DNA of 64,000 bases from an uncultured Gammaproteobacteria bacterium (GCA_964589575.1 CAZPSE010000006.1:81-64080); one strand, 5' to 3'. Numbered from the stretch's first letter, positions 32,511-44,238 are shown. A program made the numbers and translations. Notes: generated from the letters alone by a model not told the origin.

Positions 32511-32810
32511 TTAAGACTGATAACGAGGAGTAGGGTTAGCCTGATCTAAAGCTTGCTCTTGTGCTTTTATTGCTTGCCTGTGTGCTTTTTTTGCCACGTT
32601 TAAAGCTTTTTTGTAATTTTTATCTTTTATTGCATCTTTGGCTTTTTTAATCATCTTTCCGGTGTCACGCCATTCAAAACTTACTTTTTTAGCATCTCTA
32701 TTAGCAGATGATGCCGCTTTTATTGCATCATCTGCTTTTTGTTTGCTATCCGCAAAAGCCAGGTTTGCAAAAGTTAGCATTAATGAAATGGCTATTATTT
32801 TTTTAATCAT
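32511..32810 (-). CDS. Small lysine/alanine-rich secreted helical protein, unknown function
   Basis: 99 aa, signal peptide MIKKIIAISLMLTFANLAFA. Confidence 0.4.
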   Translation of the reverse strand: MIKKIIAISLMLTFANLAFADSKQKADDAIKAASSANRDAKKVSFEWRDTGKMIKKAKDAIKDKNYKKALNVAKKAHRQAIKAQEQALDQANPTPRYQS

Positions 32811-33014
32811 TTAAATCTCCAAATTACAGTTTAGGTTATCCATTTGTGGATAGGCAATCCTATTGCATCCTAAGAGTATTATCAAGTTCTTCCTAGAAAC
32901 GTCTAAAATAACCAAGGTTTTAGATGTTTTTGATAACCACTGGGCGCTTAGCAGTAATTTCTATTGTTTTTAAGGTGTTTACTATGCCAATCGAGTACAA
33001 TGGAGGGTTATTAA

Positions 33015-34496
<1,482 letters not shown>

Positions 34497-34533
34497 ACTT
34501 CGGTGATTCATCTTTCGATTTAGCTCGGCGTTA

Positions 34534-34592
34534 TTTTTTGTCACTAAACGGATCACATATTCGTTATATGCTCTCCATTTAGTGACAAAAAA
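34534..34592. repeat. 15-bp inverted repeat (ttttttgtcactaaa / tttagtgacaaaaaa) with a 29-nt spacer, downstream of guaB
   Basis: Read directly in the sequence. Confidence 0.8.
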
Positions 34593-34638
34593 TGCCTTGA
34601 TCTAAACCGAAATATGAACCATTTAGCATCATACCAAA

Positions 34639-34735
34639 GAGCAAGGGGTCGACGAAAACAGGCCTTTTTGTTGCCTACAGGGATGTAGGTACACAGAATT
34701 GCAGGAGCATTATGCGTGGAAACCCCTTGCTATCT
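34639..34735. repeat. MITE-like small element. GCAAGGGGTCGAC (left) and CCCCTTGC (right) are inverted termini that flank a hairpin-containing core, which is shared with 56939-56995
   Basis: Left end at 34641-34653 and right end at 34723-34730. The core cctacagggatgtaggtacacagaattg...atgcgtgg is about 85% identical to 56941-56985. Confidence 0.7.
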
Positions 34736-34776
34736 TATATTTATTAAATAAGTTCAATAGATTTTTAGAGACCAAC

Positions 34777-36351
34777 ATGACAGACATTCACAATCATAAA
34801 ATTTTAATTTTAGACTTTGGTTCGCAGTACACGCAGTTAATAGCAAGGCGTGTGCGTGAGGCAGGTGTGTATTGTGAGTTACGTTCGTACCAAATTACTA
34901 AAGATGAACTGGCAGACTTTGCACCTAATGGCATTATTTTATCGGGCGGGCCAGAGTCCGTCGGTTACGACAACGCCCCCAAGGTAGAAGATTGCATTTT
35001 TGCATCTGGCATACCGGTGTTGGGTATTTGCTACGGCATGCAGTCTATGGCGCATTATTATGGCGGTGTGGTACAAAAATCAGACAAGTCTGAATACGGC
35101 TTTTCAAAAGTGCGCGCGCGTAACCATTCGGCTTTATTAAAAAACATTCAAGACGAAGTAAACGAGCAAGGCCACGGGCTACTAGACGTATGGATGAGCC
35201 ACGGCGACCATGTTTCACAAATGCCAGACGGCTTTAAAATTATAGCCAGCACAACCAACGCACCAATAGCAGGTATAGCAGACGAGCAACGTAAATGTTA
35301 TGGCCTACAGTTTCACCCCGAAGTTACCCACACTAAACAAGGTGAACAAATTATAAGCCGTTTTGTGCATGACATTTGCGGTTGTGATGGACTGTGGACA
35401 CCCGAAAATATAATAGACAACAGCATAAAAACCATACGCAACAATGTAAAAAATGACCAAGTTATTTTAGGTTTATCCGGCGGGGTAGACTCGTCTGTAG
35501 TGGCCATGATGCTACACAAAGCCATAGGCAAACAGCTCATTTGTGTATTTGTAGACAACGGCCTACTCAGGTTACACGAAGGCGACCAAGTAATGAAAAT
35601 GTTTGCCGACAACTTAGGCATAAAAGTCATAAGGGTCGATGCCGAAGAGCGCTTTTTAAACAAACTAAAAGGCAAAAATGATCCCGAACAAAAACGTAAA
35701 ATCATCGGCAATTTATTTGTCGATATTTTTGAAGAAGAAGCGGCCAAATTACCCAATGCAAAATGGCTAGCGCAAGGCACAATCTACCCCGACGTTATCG
35801 AATCTGCAGGGGCAAAAACAGGTAACGCCCATTTAATAAAATCGCACCACAATGTAGGTGGCCTGCCCGACTACATGAAACTAAAATTGGTAGAACCACT
35901 ACGTGAACTGTTTAAAGACGAAGTACGCACCATCGGGCTAGAGCTGGGTTTAGCGTACGATATGGTTTACCGTCACCCATTCCCAGGGCCTGGTTTAGGA
36001 GTACGTATACTGGGCGAAGTTAAAAAAGAATTTGCCGACATACTGCGCCAAGCAGACCACATATTTATAGAAGAACTGTACAACCACGACTTGTACCACA
36101 AAGTATCGCAAGCCTTCACCGTATTTTTACCAATAAAATCCGTCGGTGTCACCGGTGACGGCCGTCGTTATAACTACGTTGTATCGCTAAGGGCGGTAGA
36201 AACCGTCGACTTTATGACTGCACGCTGGGCAAATTTACCTTATGAATTTTTAAGTTTGGTATCCACACGAATCATTAACGAGGTAGAGGACATATCGCGA
36301 GTAGTTTACGATATATCGGGCAAACCGCCCGCAACTATAGAGTGGGAATGA
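34777..36351 (+). CDS. guaA: GMP synthase (glutamine-hydrolysing)
   Basis: Conserved start [25 protein letters not shown]. The ORF opens at 34699 inside the repeat element. It has GATase and ATP-PPase domains and a C-terminal ATIEWE. Confidence 0.93.
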   Translation: MTDIHNHKILILDFGSQYTQLIARRVREAGVYCELRSYQITKDELADFAPNGIILSGGPESVGYDNAPKVEDCIFASGIPVLGICYGMQSMAHYYGGVVQKSDKSEYGFSKVRARNHSALLKNIQDEVNEQGHGLLDVWMSHGDHVSQMPDGFKIIASTTNAPIAGIADEQRKCYGLQFHPEVTHTKQGEQIISRFVHDICGCDGLWTPENIIDNSIKTIRNNVKNDQVILGLSGGVDSSVVAMMLHKAIGKQLICVFVDNGLLRLHEGDQVMKMFADNLGIKVIRVDAEERFLNKLKGKNDPEQKRKIIGNLFVDIFEEEAAKLPNAKWLAQGTIYPDVIESAGAKTGNAHLIKSHHNVGGLPDYMKLKLVEPLRELFKDEVRTIGLELGLAYDMVYRHPFPGPGLGVRILGEVKKEFADILRQADHIFIEELYNHDLYHKVSQAFTVFLPIKSVGVTGDGRRYNYVVSLRAVETVDFMTARWANLPYEFLSLVSTRIINEVEDISRVVYDISGKPPATIEWE

Positions 36352-36371
36352 AATAGTCGGGTTTTATTGTT

Positions 36372-38636
36372 ATGCCTTCAAAAAAGACCAGCAATAAAAA
36401 AGCGAAAAGCCAAGCCAAAAGCGCGCCCAAGCCCAAAAAAACGCAGGTAAAACCCACACCGGCAAAAAAATCAGCAAAGGTAAAGCTCAGCAAAGGTAAA
36501 AAGCTAACGCCCAAGGCTAAAAAGAAAAAAGCCAAGGCTAAAAGAAAAGCCTTTTATAAAAAACACAAAAAAATAATTAACCGTTCAATAGGGTTTTTAG
36601 TATTAATTAGTATAATGTTTTTTGTTTATGCTTACTTTCAATATAACAACATTGTAAATAATTTTGATAAAGAAAATCAACAACCTATAAAAATATACTC
36701 AAGTAGTTTAGAGGTGTATGCAGGGCAAAAAATCTCAATAAACCACCTTAAAACCTATTTGCAAGAGCTGGGCTACGTACAAAAAAAACAAGCCATATCC
36801 GCCAATACATTTGGCATTCATCAACAACAAATAACCATAAATAACCGCGCCTTTAATACCGCAGAACAAACAATAAACGCCCACAAAATTAAAATAACCC
36901 TCAACAATGGCGCAGTAGAAACACTGTATTCGTTTAATAAAAAACAAAACATCGCCTTTGTAACCTTACCGCCGGTTAAATTAACGTCGTTACATACAGG
37001 CGTATATACAGACTTTGACCCCATAGCAATAAAAGACGTACCCCAAACCTTTATAAACACACTATTGCAAATAGAAGATAAGCGCTTTTACGACCATATC
37101 GGTTTTGATATTTACTCCATCGTCCGAGCCTTTTATAGCAATGTGCAAGCAGGGCGCGTAGTGCAAGGGGCAAGTACCCTAACCCAACAATATGTAAAAA
37201 CACGCTATTTAACTAATGAACGGTCTTTAATACGTAAAATTAAAGAACTGCTTATCAGCGTGGTATTAGAAATTAACTTTACAAAAAACCAAATACTGCA
37301 AGCCTATATCAACTCGGTTTTTTTAGGGCAAAAAGGCAATTACCGCATACGCGGATTTAATTTAGCCAGCCATTATTTTTTTGGAAAGTCCTTACAAAAC
37401 ATCAACATATCAGAAATGGCAAGCCTCGTCGCCTTAGTAAAAGCCCCGTCTAGCTACGTTATAAAAACAGGCAACGCTAAAGCACTAAAACGTCGAAACT
37501 TAATATTAAATGTATTGTACGAAAATAAAAAAATAGATGAAAAACTGCTTACTATTGCCAAAAACTACCCACTAACTGCAAAACAACACCAATCAGGCAC
37601 GTCGATATTTTCAAGCTATATAGGGTTAATAAAGAACGAGTTAAAACAGGTAAACCAATCGCTAAGTTGGACACAAAACAACCGCACCTTGTATACCAAC
37701 ATGGACATAAACAAACAGCTCGCCTTACAAAAAATAGTCGCCAACAATGTAACAATACTAGAAAAAAACAAACACTTTGCGCCAAACACCTTAGAAGCGG
37801 CAGCAATAATAGTCGATAAAAGCAACGGCAATATATTAGCCGCCGTGGCCAATAAAAATGACAAACGTTTCGGCTGGAACCGCCTACTGTATATGAAGCG
37901 ACCAATAGGCTCATTAATTAAACCCTTTGTGTACTACACCGCACTCAACCAATTTGGCTATAGCGCCAATTCGTTAATAAACGATGCACCCGTAAAACTA
38001 AAAATAAAAAACGCGGTACATTGGCAACCTAAAAATTACGATAAAAAATACCACGGCGAAGTAACGCTAACGCAAGCACTTAGCCAATCTTACAATTTAG
38101 CAACGGTAAACTTGGGTTTAGATATTGGTGTCAACAGTGTCATAAAAACCCTCAAACAAGCAGGTTACAAAAAACCACTGCCTAACTATGCATCACTTTT
38201 TTTAGGCGCGACAGAAATGACCCCGCTAGAAATTACCTCGTTGTATTTACCCCTAGCCAACGGCGGCTTTACCTCACCATTACGCACCTTATCAAAAGCC
38301 ACAAAAAAAGGGCAAGTAAATATCGCCAACTCATTTGTTAGTAAAGCGGTGCTTAACTACGGCACAGTAGCCATCTTGTCAAACATGTTAAAAGAGGCCG
38401 TTAGCACGGGTACAGCGCGCTCTTTAAACTGGCGATTAAAACAAAAACCCATAAGTGTAGCAGGCAAAACAGGCACAAGTAACAACCTAAAAGACAGTTG
38501 GTTTATAGCCTATGACAAAAAGTACCTAGTAATGGTATGGCTAGGCAGAGACGACAACAAATCATCAAGCTACAGCGGTAGTAGCGGTGCTTTACCCATA
38601 TATGCCGACATAAAAAATTATTTAGATGAAAACTGA
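36372..38636 (+). CDS. mrcB: Bifunctional class A penicillin-binding protein, PBP1B-like, with ~65-aa lysine-rich N-terminal cytoplasmic tail
   Basis: GT51 motifs EDKRFYDHIGFD and GASTLTQQ, plus transpeptidase SxxK (SLIKP) and KTGT. A TM helix lies at about aa 70-90 and there is a ~130-aa insert before the GT domain (UB2H-like position). Confidence 0.78.
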   Translation: MPSKKTSNKKAKSQAKSAPKPKKTQVKPTPAKKSAKVKLSKGKKLTPKAKKKKAKAKRKAFYKKHKKIINRSIGFLVLISIMFFVYAYFQYNNIVNNFDKENQQPIKIYSSSLEVYAGQKISINHLKTYLQELGYVQKKQAISANTFGIHQQQITINNRAFNTAEQTINAHKIKITLNNGAVETLYSFNKKQNIAFVTLPPVKLTSLHTGVYTDFDPIAIKDVPQTFINTLLQIEDKRFYDHIGFDIYSIVRAFYSNVQAGRVVQGASTLTQQYVKTRYLTNERSLIRKIKELLISVVLEINFTKNQILQAYINSVFLGQKGNYRIRGFNLASHYFFGKSLQNINISEMASLVALVKAPSSYVIKTGNAKALKRRNLILNVLYENKKIDEKLLTIAKNYPLTAKQHQSGTSIFSSYIGLIKNELKQVNQSLSWTQNNRTLYTNMDINKQLALQKIVANNVTILEKNKHFAPNTLEAAAIIVDKSNGNILAAVANKNDKRFGWNRLLYMKRPIGSLIKPFVYYTALNQFGYSANSLINDAPVKLKIKNAVHWQPKNYDKKYHGEVTLTQALSQSYNLATVNLGLDIGVNSVIKTLKQAGYKKPLPNYASLFLGATEMTPLEITSLYLPLANGGFTSPLRTLSKATKKGQVNIANSFVSKAVLNYGTVAILSNMLKEAVSTGTARSLNWRLKQKPISVAGKTGTSNNLKDSWFIAYDKKYLVMVWLGRDDNKSSSYSGSSGALPIYADIKNYLDEN

Positions 38637-38786
38637 AGTTGTATACAGAAACATTGAAACACCGTTTTGGCTGTTTTTAAAAAAGCTTGAGTTTAAACTG
38701 CTCTAGTTTGATGTTTCTACAACCGACACGAGCCTTGCTCGTTACGATTTTGTTGTTGTCAGGTCACTTTTAAATACATAACACTA

Positions 38787-38810
38787 CCAAGGGGTCGACA
38801 GAAACAGGCA
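38787..38810. repeat. Solo copy of the GTCGACCCCTTGC-family repeat (inverted orientation: caaggggtcgacagaaacagg)
   Basis: Read directly in the sequence. Confidence 0.8.
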
Positions 38811-38851
38811 GTTTTGAGAGAATGGCACTGTATTTTTAACGGCTACGTTTT

Positions 38852-39295
38852 ATGAAATTTTTTCACCTATTACTTTTTGTTTTTATTTTATTGCTAACGG
38901 CTTGTCAGCAAGGCGCGCAAGATAAAAAAGCCATTGTGTTTGAACCTAAAAATGATAACGAGCAACTGGAACACCCCGCAGTAATACAACTTTGGAATGA
39001 AGCTAATCAAGCTAAAACAAATTTACACTATGCTTTGGCTGCTAATAAAATACAGCAAGCCTTAAAAATATTACCGAACAAAGCGATACTGTGGAGCCGC
39101 TTAGCAGAGCTTGCGATGCTACAAAAAAATACACAAGTGGCAGAGGATTTTGCTACACGCTCTAACGCTTATTCTGGCAATAATAAAAGGCTTTTAAAAC
39201 GTAACTGGTTAATTATTAAACACGCGCGGTTACAACGTAATGACCAAGTGGGTGCAAGCCAAGCTGCATTAAAAATACAGAAACTTAGTTTTTAA
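38852..39295 (+). CDS. Lipoprotein (lipobox LLTAC) with TPR-like helices, unknown function
   Basis: 147 aa. It has a signal peptide with a cysteine lipobox. Its stop overlaps the yoaA start. Confidence 0.45.
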   Translation: MKFFHLLLFVFILLLTACQQGAQDKKAIVFEPKNDNEQLEHPAVIQLWNEANQAKTNLHYALAANKIQQALKILPNKAILWSRLAELAMLQKNTQVAEDFATRSNAYSGNNKRLLKRNWLIIKHARLQRNDQVGASQAALKIQKLSF

Positions 39296-41205
39296 TGGAA
39301 ACCTGCAAACAAGTTTTTAGCGAGACAGGCCCATTAGTTAATGTTTTAGAAAACTACTCGCCCCGAAAAGAGCAATTAGCTTTAGCCACTAAAATAGAAG
39401 AGGTATTAGAAAGCAACCAAGTGTTAATTGGCGAGGCAGGCACAGGTGTGGGTAAGTCTTTAGCATACTTAGTACCTGTGTTGTTATCGGGCAAGCACAC
39501 TATTATTTCTACGGGTACTAAACATTTACAAGACCAGTTGTTTTATAAAGATGTGCCTATTGTAAAAAAAGCACTCGGTACAAATACACGCATATCTATG
39601 TTAAAAGGGCGTAAAAATTATTTATGTTTGCACCGTATGGACATGGCACGGCATAATTTTTTAACCCGCTTAAAAGAATATGCAGACCAGTTAAATGTAA
39701 TTGAAAATTGGTCGTACAAAACCAAAGTAGGCGAAATTACAGAAATAAGTGACGTTAAAGAAGACTCTCAAATTTGGCCATTGGTCACATCTACCACCGA
39801 TAATTGCATAGGGCAAGAATGCCCAAGCTGGGACGATTGTTTTGTAGTTAAAGCGCGTAAAAAAGCGCAAAAGTCTGACGTGGTGATTGTAAATCATCAT
39901 TTGTTTTTAGCCGACTTAGCTTTAAAGGACGAAGGTTTTGGCGAGATTTTACCCAACGCTCAAGCCTATATAATGGACGAGGCACATCAACTGCCCGAAA
40001 TTGCCGTTAATTTTTTTAGTACACGCATAAGCAATAAACACATTACCGAGTTGTGTCGCGACAGCATAGCCGAACAGCTTAACGAAGCACCAGAGATGAT
40101 GGAAATACGCTTAACCTGCGAAGATATTGAAGCCAATTTAAAAAAAGTAAGGCTGCAATTAGGCGAACAAAATGCCAAAAAACCGTGGGGGCAAATTGTT
40201 CATAAACCGTCCTTAAAGGTAGAAATGGTCGGTTTAATAAACCATTTTGAAAAGCTTAAAGCGCAATTAGAAATAGGTGCTGAACAAGGAAAAGGGTTAG
40301 AAAACTGTTTAGAAAGATGCTGTAACTTATTGGAATTTTTAAATAAATTTAATAATTTACAGTTTGAAGACCGTATTTTGTGGTTTGAATCTTGGAATAA
40401 TGGTTTTGCTTTTTATGCCACCCCGTACGAGATTGATAGCTTCTTTAAAAAGAAAATAGAACAACAATTATGCAGCTGGGTGTTTACCTCGGCTACCTTA
40501 TCGGTAGATAAAAACTTTAATCATTTTAAACAACAAATGGGCATAGATGGCGTTAACGAGTTAATACTAAACAGCCCGTTTGACTATAAAAATAATGCCC
40601 GTTTATACATACCTAACGACTTACCCTTACCAAGCGCCAATAATTACCATGTAGAACTTTTTAAACAAAGCCGAAAAATTATAAAAGCGGCAAAAGGGCG
40701 CACCTTTTTTTTATTTACCAGCTACCGTTCTTTAAATGCGGCGGCAGATTACTTTGAAAACTACACCGACTTTAACGTGTTTGTACAAGGTCGGGATGCC
40801 AAAATGAAGCTAATAGAAAACTTTAAAAAAACCGACAATGCTATTTTATTAGCCACATCGAGCTTTTGGGAAGGGGTCGATATACGCGGGCAAGCATTAA
40901 CCTGTGTAATTATAGAAAAGTTGCCCTTTGCATCCCCTGGTGATCCGGTATTAAAAGCACGCTTAGATTACATACAAAAAAATGGCGGCAATGCTTTTAT
41001 GGACTACCAAGTACCGCAAGCCATTATTAGCCTAAAGCAGGGCGCAGGGCGTTTAATACGCGACTATAGCGACAAAGGCTTATTAATGCTGTGCGACTCT
41101 CGGTTAGTTACCAAACCGTACGGAAAACTGTTTGTAAATAGCCTAAACGCCATGCCAAAAGTAAAAGACAGCCAACAGGCAGAAGCCTTTTTGGAAACCT
41201 TATGA
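39295..41205 (+). CDS. yoaA: DinG-family ATP-dependent DNA helicase, YoaA-like
   Basis: 636 aa with Walker A GEAGTGVGKS, a DEAH box (MDEAHQL) and a cysteine cluster for the Fe-S domain. Confidence 0.8.
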   Translation: METCKQVFSETGPLVNVLENYSPRKEQLALATKIEEVLESNQVLIGEAGTGVGKSLAYLVPVLLSGKHTIISTGTKHLQDQLFYKDVPIVKKALGTNTRISMLKGRKNYLCLHRMDMARHNFLTRLKEYADQLNVIENWSYKTKVGEITEISDVKEDSQIWPLVTSTTDNCIGQECPSWDDCFVVKARKKAQKSDVVIVNHHLFLADLALKDEGFGEILPNAQAYIMDEAHQLPEIAVNFFSTRISNKHITELCRDSIAEQLNEAPEMMEIRLTCEDIEANLKKVRLQLGEQNAKKPWGQIVHKPSLKVEMVGLINHFEKLKAQLEIGAEQGKGLENCLERCCNLLEFLNKFNNLQFEDRILWFESWNNGFAFYATPYEIDSFFKKKIEQQLCSWVFTSATLSVDKNFNHFKQQMGIDGVNELILNSPFDYKNNARLYIPNDLPLPSANNYHVELFKQSRKIIKAAKGRTFFLFTSYRSLNAAADYFENYTDFNVFVQGRDAKMKLIENFKKTDNAILLATSSFWEGVDIRGQALTCVIIEKLPFASPGDPVLKARLDYIQKNGGNAFMDYQVPQAIISLKQGAGRLIRDYSDKGLLMLCDSRLVTKPYGKLFVNSLNAMPKVKDSQQAEAFLETL

Positions 41206-41912
41206 TTTTAGCAATAGATACCGCAACAGAAGCATTTTCTGTGGCTATTAAATTGGCCGATAACCGCATTGTAGAGCACTACCAACTGGCACCAAGGTTG
41301 CATTCTAAATTAATTTTAGCAACCATTGATACACTACTGCTTGATAATAATTTAAATAAAAAAGACCTAACCGCCATCGTATTTGGCAAAGGCCCTGGCA
41401 GTTTTACGGGTGTGCGTATTGCCGTATCGGTTGCGCAAGGTTTAAGTACCGGTTTAAACTTACCCATTATTGGTATATCTACCTTAGCGAGTATGGCGCA
41501 ATACACATACAGAACAAGCGGTCAGCAATATTTAGCTTGCGCGATAGATGCGCGAATGAAACAGGTTTACTGGGCAGAATATCAAATTAAAAATGCTAAA
41601 GCTCAGTTGATTAATGATGAAAAAGTGATCGCTCCAGAATCCGTTACATTATCGTCAAACAAACACTATTGTGGCGTTGGAAGTGGTTGGATAAGTTATC
41701 AAGAAAGCCTGACAGAGGCACTTTTTGGTATTAACGTTTCACCCATTATAGAAACCTTTCCACATGCTTACGACATGATAACCTTAGCGATAGATGCTTT
41801 AAAAAATAATAATAATTGCACCATAAAAAATGCCATGCCAACCTATTTAAGAAACAACGTAGCAAAAACCATTAAACAACGCGAACAAGCTCTAAAAGCA
41901 AAAACTGCATGA
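41202..41912 (+). CDS. tsaB: tRNA t6A biosynthesis protein TsaB (YeaZ)
   Basis: MILAIDTATEAFSVAI at the N-terminus, 236 aa. Confidence 0.85.
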   Translation: MILAIDTATEAFSVAIKLADNRIVEHYQLAPRLHSKLILATIDTLLLDNNLNKKDLTAIVFGKGPGSFTGVRIAVSVAQGLSTGLNLPIIGISTLASMAQYTYRTSGQQYLACAIDARMKQVYWAEYQIKNAKAQLINDEKVIAPESVTLSSNKHYCGVGSGWISYQESLTEALFGINVSPIIETFPHAYDMITLAIDALKNNNNCTIKNAMPTYLRNNVAKTIKQREQALKAKTA

Positions 41913-42289
41913 GCCAAATTGTTGCCATTGCGCTTGGCGGTGCTATAGGTGCCGTTTTACGCCACAGCCTTGCCCACCAAATGGTTTTACGTTTTGGGCG
42001 AGACTTTCCTATAGGTACGTTTTCTGTCAATTTAATAGGCTCATTTTTAATGGGCTTTTTAGGCATATTACTAATAGAAAAATTTCATGTATCTATGGAA
42101 GTGAAAACCTTTTTTTTAGTGGGTCTGCTGGGTTCATTCACCACGTTTTCTACCTTTTCTTTAGATGCTTTAAATTTAATACACAAAGGGCAACATTTAA
42201 AAGCACTTATTTATATGGGCAGCAGTGTGGTTGTTTGTGTCGTTGCCTGTTGGCTGGGTTTTATTTTAGCGCGGCAACTTATAAATTAA
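41909..42289 (+). CDS. crcB: Fluoride ion channel CrcB/Fluc
   Basis: 126 aa, four TM helices, GxxGTFxVN signature (GTFSVNLIGSF). Confidence 0.85.
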   Translation: MSQIVAIALGGAIGAVLRHSLAHQMVLRFGRDFPIGTFSVNLIGSFLMGFLGILLIEKFHVSMEVKTFFLVGLLGSFTTFSTFSLDALNLIHKGQHLKALIYMGSSVVVCVVACWLGFILARQLIN

Positions 42290-42407
42290 CGTAATTTTAT
42301 TGACAAAAACCTTCTTAAACTTAAAGAGTTATTGCAATGATTTATGTTTTGTACTGTATCATTGTTGTACAACGTCTAAATTCTCTTTTTAAATACTATA
42401 AAAAATT

Positions 42408-43148
42408 ATGGCTAAAATTGATTCAAACCCTTTAGGTATCTCTAATGGTTTAATAAATAAATATAAGAATATAAAAAGGCCATACCAAAAATACAAAAAA
42501 TCACCCGTTACTTTCGAAGTGGCAGAGGATTGTTTTGTAAATTGTCGCGCCATAGTGGTAAAAGACAAAACCTATGTTGTGCCACGGCACATTAATCGTG
42601 TTGATATTTGTTCAGGAAAAAATAATAAAGGCACACATGGCTGGCAATTACGTTATAAAAAAATATCTAAATTTTATAATGACCGTAAACAATCGTCTAT
42701 TAAGTTAGGCTTAGAAAAAGCCAAAAATGACTTACGAAAAGGTTATGTAGCTAAAGACCATATAGAAATTGTAAATCAAAAACTAAATAAAAAAAATTTA
42801 AAAACTAAAAAAATAAAACTCATCCCTGGTGTTAATATCGCCTCGTCAACATTGGCTAAAACAATGGTAAAACACTACAACGTAGTTTGTTGTATTTCTG
42901 TTTTAAACGGTAAAGCAAGGCAGTTTACAAAATACTTATCGGTAGAAGAACGTTTAACCCAAGAAAAACTGAACAAGGCTTTAGATGTGCTTTTAACCTT
43001 ACGAAAATATTCGGAACATTTGTACCATACAAAACAGCCAGAAATTGCCAAAATACTAAGTGTAAAACACATTACGCCATTATTAATAAAAGAGTATTGC
43101 CCTAAAATTAAATACCCAACAATCCAACAAGTAGTCAAGGCGTATTAA
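42408..43148 (+). CDS. Basic (Lys/Arg-rich) orphan protein, possible DNA-binding, unknown function
   Basis: 246 aa. It is preceded by a 118-bp AT-rich gap. A weak AP2/integrase-DNA-binding-like stretch (GTHGWQLRYKK) is present. I could not assign a family. Confidence 0.4.
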   Translation: MAKIDSNPLGISNGLINKYKNIKRPYQKYKKSPVTFEVAEDCFVNCRAIVVKDKTYVVPRHINRVDICSGKNNKGTHGWQLRYKKISKFYNDRKQSSIKLGLEKAKNDLRKGYVAKDHIEIVNQKLNKKNLKTKKIKLIPGVNIASSTLAKTMVKHYNVVCCISVLNGKARQFTKYLSVEERLTQEKLNKALDVLLTLRKYSEHLYHTKQPEIAKILSVKHITPLLIKEYCPKIKYPTIQQVVKAY

Positions 43149-43152
43149 AGCT

Positions 43153-43680
43153 GTGCTAAAGGGTACGTTTATAGCTTCTATTAAAGATGGATGGTTTCGA
43201 GCGATGCTGTTTTCCTTAATTTGGTTAATACTTGTCGATGCTAATTGGGATTCTTGGTTATTTGCGGTTCCCGTCGTGCTGATAAGTACTTATGTGAGCA
43301 TATTATTACTGCCCAGTTTTTCCATTTCAATAATCGGCCTTATTCGTTTTATTCCTTATTTTCTTTGGCATTCTTTACGTGGTGGGCTAGACGTGGCGAT
43401 ACGTGTCTTCCAGATAAAATTACAAATTTCCCCTGCGATAGTAAGCTACCAATGGCGCTTACCGCCAGGGATTTCACGCGTATTTATGGCCAATGTCACA
43501 AGTTTACTGCCTGGTACATTAAGTGTAGAACTGGAAGATGAATTGCTTTATGTGCATGTTCTTGATGAGTCAATTGATTATTTTACTGATATGCAAGAGC
43601 TGGAAGAACGTATTGCCCAAATGCTTGGCATCTGTTTAAACAATCAAGAAAAAAACCAAATAAGGAATAAATTTAAATGA
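43153..43680 (+). CDS. Multisubunit cation/H+ antiporter subunit E (MrpE/MnhE/MbhA-like)
   Basis: 175 aa. Two N-terminal TM helices are followed by a soluble domain, and it is the first gene of an Mrp-type cluster. Confidence 0.65.
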   Translation: MLKGTFIASIKDGWFRAMLFSLIWLILVDANWDSWLFAVPVVLISTYVSILLLPSFSISIIGLIRFIPYFLWHSLRGGLDVAIRVFQIKLQISPAIVSYQWRLPPGISRVFMANVTSLLPGTLSVELEDELLYVHVLDESIDYFTDMQELEERIAQMLGICLNNQEKNQIRNKFK

Positions 43681-43952
43681 CTACGTTGTATTTAGTGGTT
43701 GCACTGTTTCTTTTACTAACGCTAGTAGTTGGTTTATGGCGTGTTTTACATGGGCCTACAGCTGCCGATCGTATGCTGGCGGCGCAGTTGTTTGGTACTA
43801 CGGCGGTTGCTTGTTTAATATTGCTTTCTCAAGCTTTAAAACAGCCGTCTTTTATAGATGTGGCCTTGGTATTTGCACTACTAGCGGTAGTCACCGCCGT
43901 GGCATTTATTAAACGTTTTTGGGCGGAGGAATCAAATCATGTCGATGATTGA
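43677..43952 (+). CDS. Antiporter subunit F (MrpF/MnhF-like)
   Basis: 91 aa, 3 TM helices; overlapping starts and stops with its neighbours. Confidence 0.65.
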   Translation: MTTLYLVVALFLLLTLVVGLWRVLHGPTAADRMLAAQLFGTTAVACLILLSQALKQPSFIDVALVFALLAVVTAVAFIKRFWAEESNHVDD

Positions 43953-44238
43953 TGTTTTAACTGCCATTTTCGTAATTACTGGTGCACTGTTTTTTTTAGC
44001 CGGTACCGTAGGTCTGCTGCGCTTTCCAGATGTTTATACCAGAATTCATGCTTTAACCAAAGCCGATAATTTAGGCCTTGGGTTAATAATAGTTGGGCTT
44101 ATTTTACAAGCAGAATCTCTTATATTTGTGGCTAAACTAATATTTATTTGGCTGTTAGTATTACTTTCTGGAGCGGGTGTTGCGCATTTAATTGCAACCG
44201 CTGCACGACAGCGAGGTGTTAAAACGTGGAAGCCATAA
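43939..44238 (+). CDS. Antiporter subunit G (MrpG/MnhG-like)
   Basis: 99 aa, 3 TM helices. Confidence 0.65.
   Translation: MSMIDVLTAIFVITGALFFLAGTVGLLRFPDVYTRIHALTKADNLGLGLIIVGLILQAESLIFVAKLIFIWLLVLLSGAGVAHLIATAARQRGVKTWKP

Noticed and set aside
39295-41205. DinG-family helicase as part of a defence system
   Set aside because: It has the length and motifs of housekeeping YoaA and sits in a tsaB-crcB housekeeping context with no nuclease or SIR2/TIR partners.
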